From: Patescibacteria group bacterium
GTDB lineage: Bacteria; Patescibacteriota; Minisyncoccia; JAHIHE01; JAGLIN01
Direction: 5' to 3'
Assembly: GCA_034660995.1 (NCBI GenBank)
Contig: JAYEKL010000055.1
Location: 1-14,936, forward strand
DNA length: 14,936 nucleotides
Every line of letters starts with the position of its first letter. Positions within the stretch are counted from its first letter, which is position 1. A program made the position numbers and the translations under genes. Under the pieces are notes generated by a model. It was given only the letters and a program-made list of their open reading frames with translations, was not told where the DNA came from and did not search any database. Positions 14,041 to 14,936 of the stretch are shown in pieces.

Positions 14041-14559
14041 TTAAGCCTCTTTATTTAATTTCTTTTCAAATCTGTAAAAAATGGCTCTCGGAGTAAAAAG
14101 AGAAGCCCAACATTTTTTTACATTTTCCAAAAGTGTATCTTTTGTTGTATTCAAAAAACTGTCTAATTGTCCCGCCCAAGTAGCAGAAGCAGAATCTTCT
14201 GATGTTGCAGAAGAACGAACAGCAACAAATTTAGAATCTAGGTTTTTATGAAATTTTAAAATTTCTGTTTTAATATCTTCAGGCATTTCTTTAGAAAGAA
14301 TTATGCCTTCAATTTTCTCAGAAGCATTTTCAACAGTATGAACTTCTTTTATATCAACCGTATTTAAAACAGTGTCAATTTCAACATTTAGATCCGTCTC
14401 TACTAAAAACCTATCAAAAACATTTGAAAGAATTACAAAACCATTAGGAACAGGAATTCCTGCTTGAGTCATTTCCACAAGAGAAGCACCCTTGCCTCCA
14501 GCAATCTCAGTATTTGCTTTGAATATTTGATTAAAATTTTTGATCAAAATTTCAGCCAT
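14041..14559 (-). pseudogene. Fragment encoding only the N-terminal (PPDK_N) domain of a PEP-utilising enzyme (PEP synthase / pyruvate phosphate dikinase family); probably a truncated remnant
   Basis: GGKGASLVEMTQAGIPVPNGF, VAVRSSATSEDSASATWAGQ and CWASLFTPRAIFYR align with the first ~170 residues of PpsA. The ORF stops where full-length enzymes continue for ~600 more residues. No continuation exists in any frame downstream. Confidence 0.55.
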
Positions 14560-14936
14560 ATTTTAAGATTAGCACATAATGTTTATAAATAAATCGTTTT
14601 CTGGAGCGATAGCAAAAGAAAACACATTACTATCCTCCCTTTTTTATTTTAGAAAAAATGACCAACGAGAATTCCTATAGTACAAATTTATTCCCTTTTA
14701 AAAGCCTATCCTTATTTTACATCTAGAAAAATATTTTTTGAATTGCGTATAACATTAGAGATAAAAAAAGTTTTTCTAGAACGAAGTAGAAGGAAAATTT
14801 AGACGGAATGAGTACAACAGAGTGGAGTTTTTTATCCCTTGTTATAATCTCGCGATAGCGGCTAGGAATAGTTGCAAGCGGTCGCGAAGCGAATTCTGAA
14901 AAGTAATTTTTGTGGACAATTATCTATCGTTGGAGC

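Noticed and set aside
1-14936. Alternative genetic code (UGA recoded, as in Gracilibacteria/Absconditabacteria)
   Set aside because: All well-supported genes (helicase 682 aa, rsmA, SPFH, CHAP) read through cleanly in the standard code, with the conserved motifs intact.

Overview
This window is AT-rich (roughly 30% GC) and gene-dense, and most genes lie on the minus strand. The standard genetic code appears to be in use: long ORFs such as the 682-aa helicase read through without internal UGA. The content resembles a small-genome, CPR/Patescibacteria-like bacterium, but that placement is an inference.

Gene content, left to right:
- A type-IV-secretion-like cluster, all on the minus strand:
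  - a PrgI-family small membrane protein;
  - a four-helix-bundle (Avd/23S-IVS-type) protein whose promoter and 5' end are duplicated with 109 bp of 100% identity on both sides of a 223-aa ORF;
  - that 223-aa ORF, which resembles only the N-terminal domain of VirB4/TrbE;
  - a 262-aa coiled-coil hypothetical protein;
  - an 824-aa polytopic membrane protein with a long K/E-rich C-terminal half, possibly VirB6/TrbL-like.
- A translationally coupled SPFH (band-7) gene followed by a small membrane protein that may be an NfeD-like partner.
- rsmA/ksgA.
- A UvrD/PcrA helicase.
- A plus-strand secreted LysM-LysM-CHAP peptidoglycan hydrolase.
- tRNA-Val(GAC).
- A 172-aa fragment covering only the N-terminal domain of a PEP-utilising enzyme (pps/ppdK-like).

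The intergenic space holds at least three families of hairpin-forming, MITE-like repeat elements that share modules, plus an 8-bp tandem-repeat array:
- family 1, core CGACYTTRTGGAGAA;
- family 2, ends GTTGGCTCCATAGTC;
- family 3, ends CTGNTGATTTTCTTATA.

The most unusual items:
- one family-2 copy of exactly 81 bp lies in-frame inside rsmA (27 extra residues);
- a family-3 element is embedded in the 8-bp tandem array;
- tRNA-Val is bracketed by direct copies of a family-3 end;
- the four-helix-bundle gene is duplicated around a VirB4 fragment.
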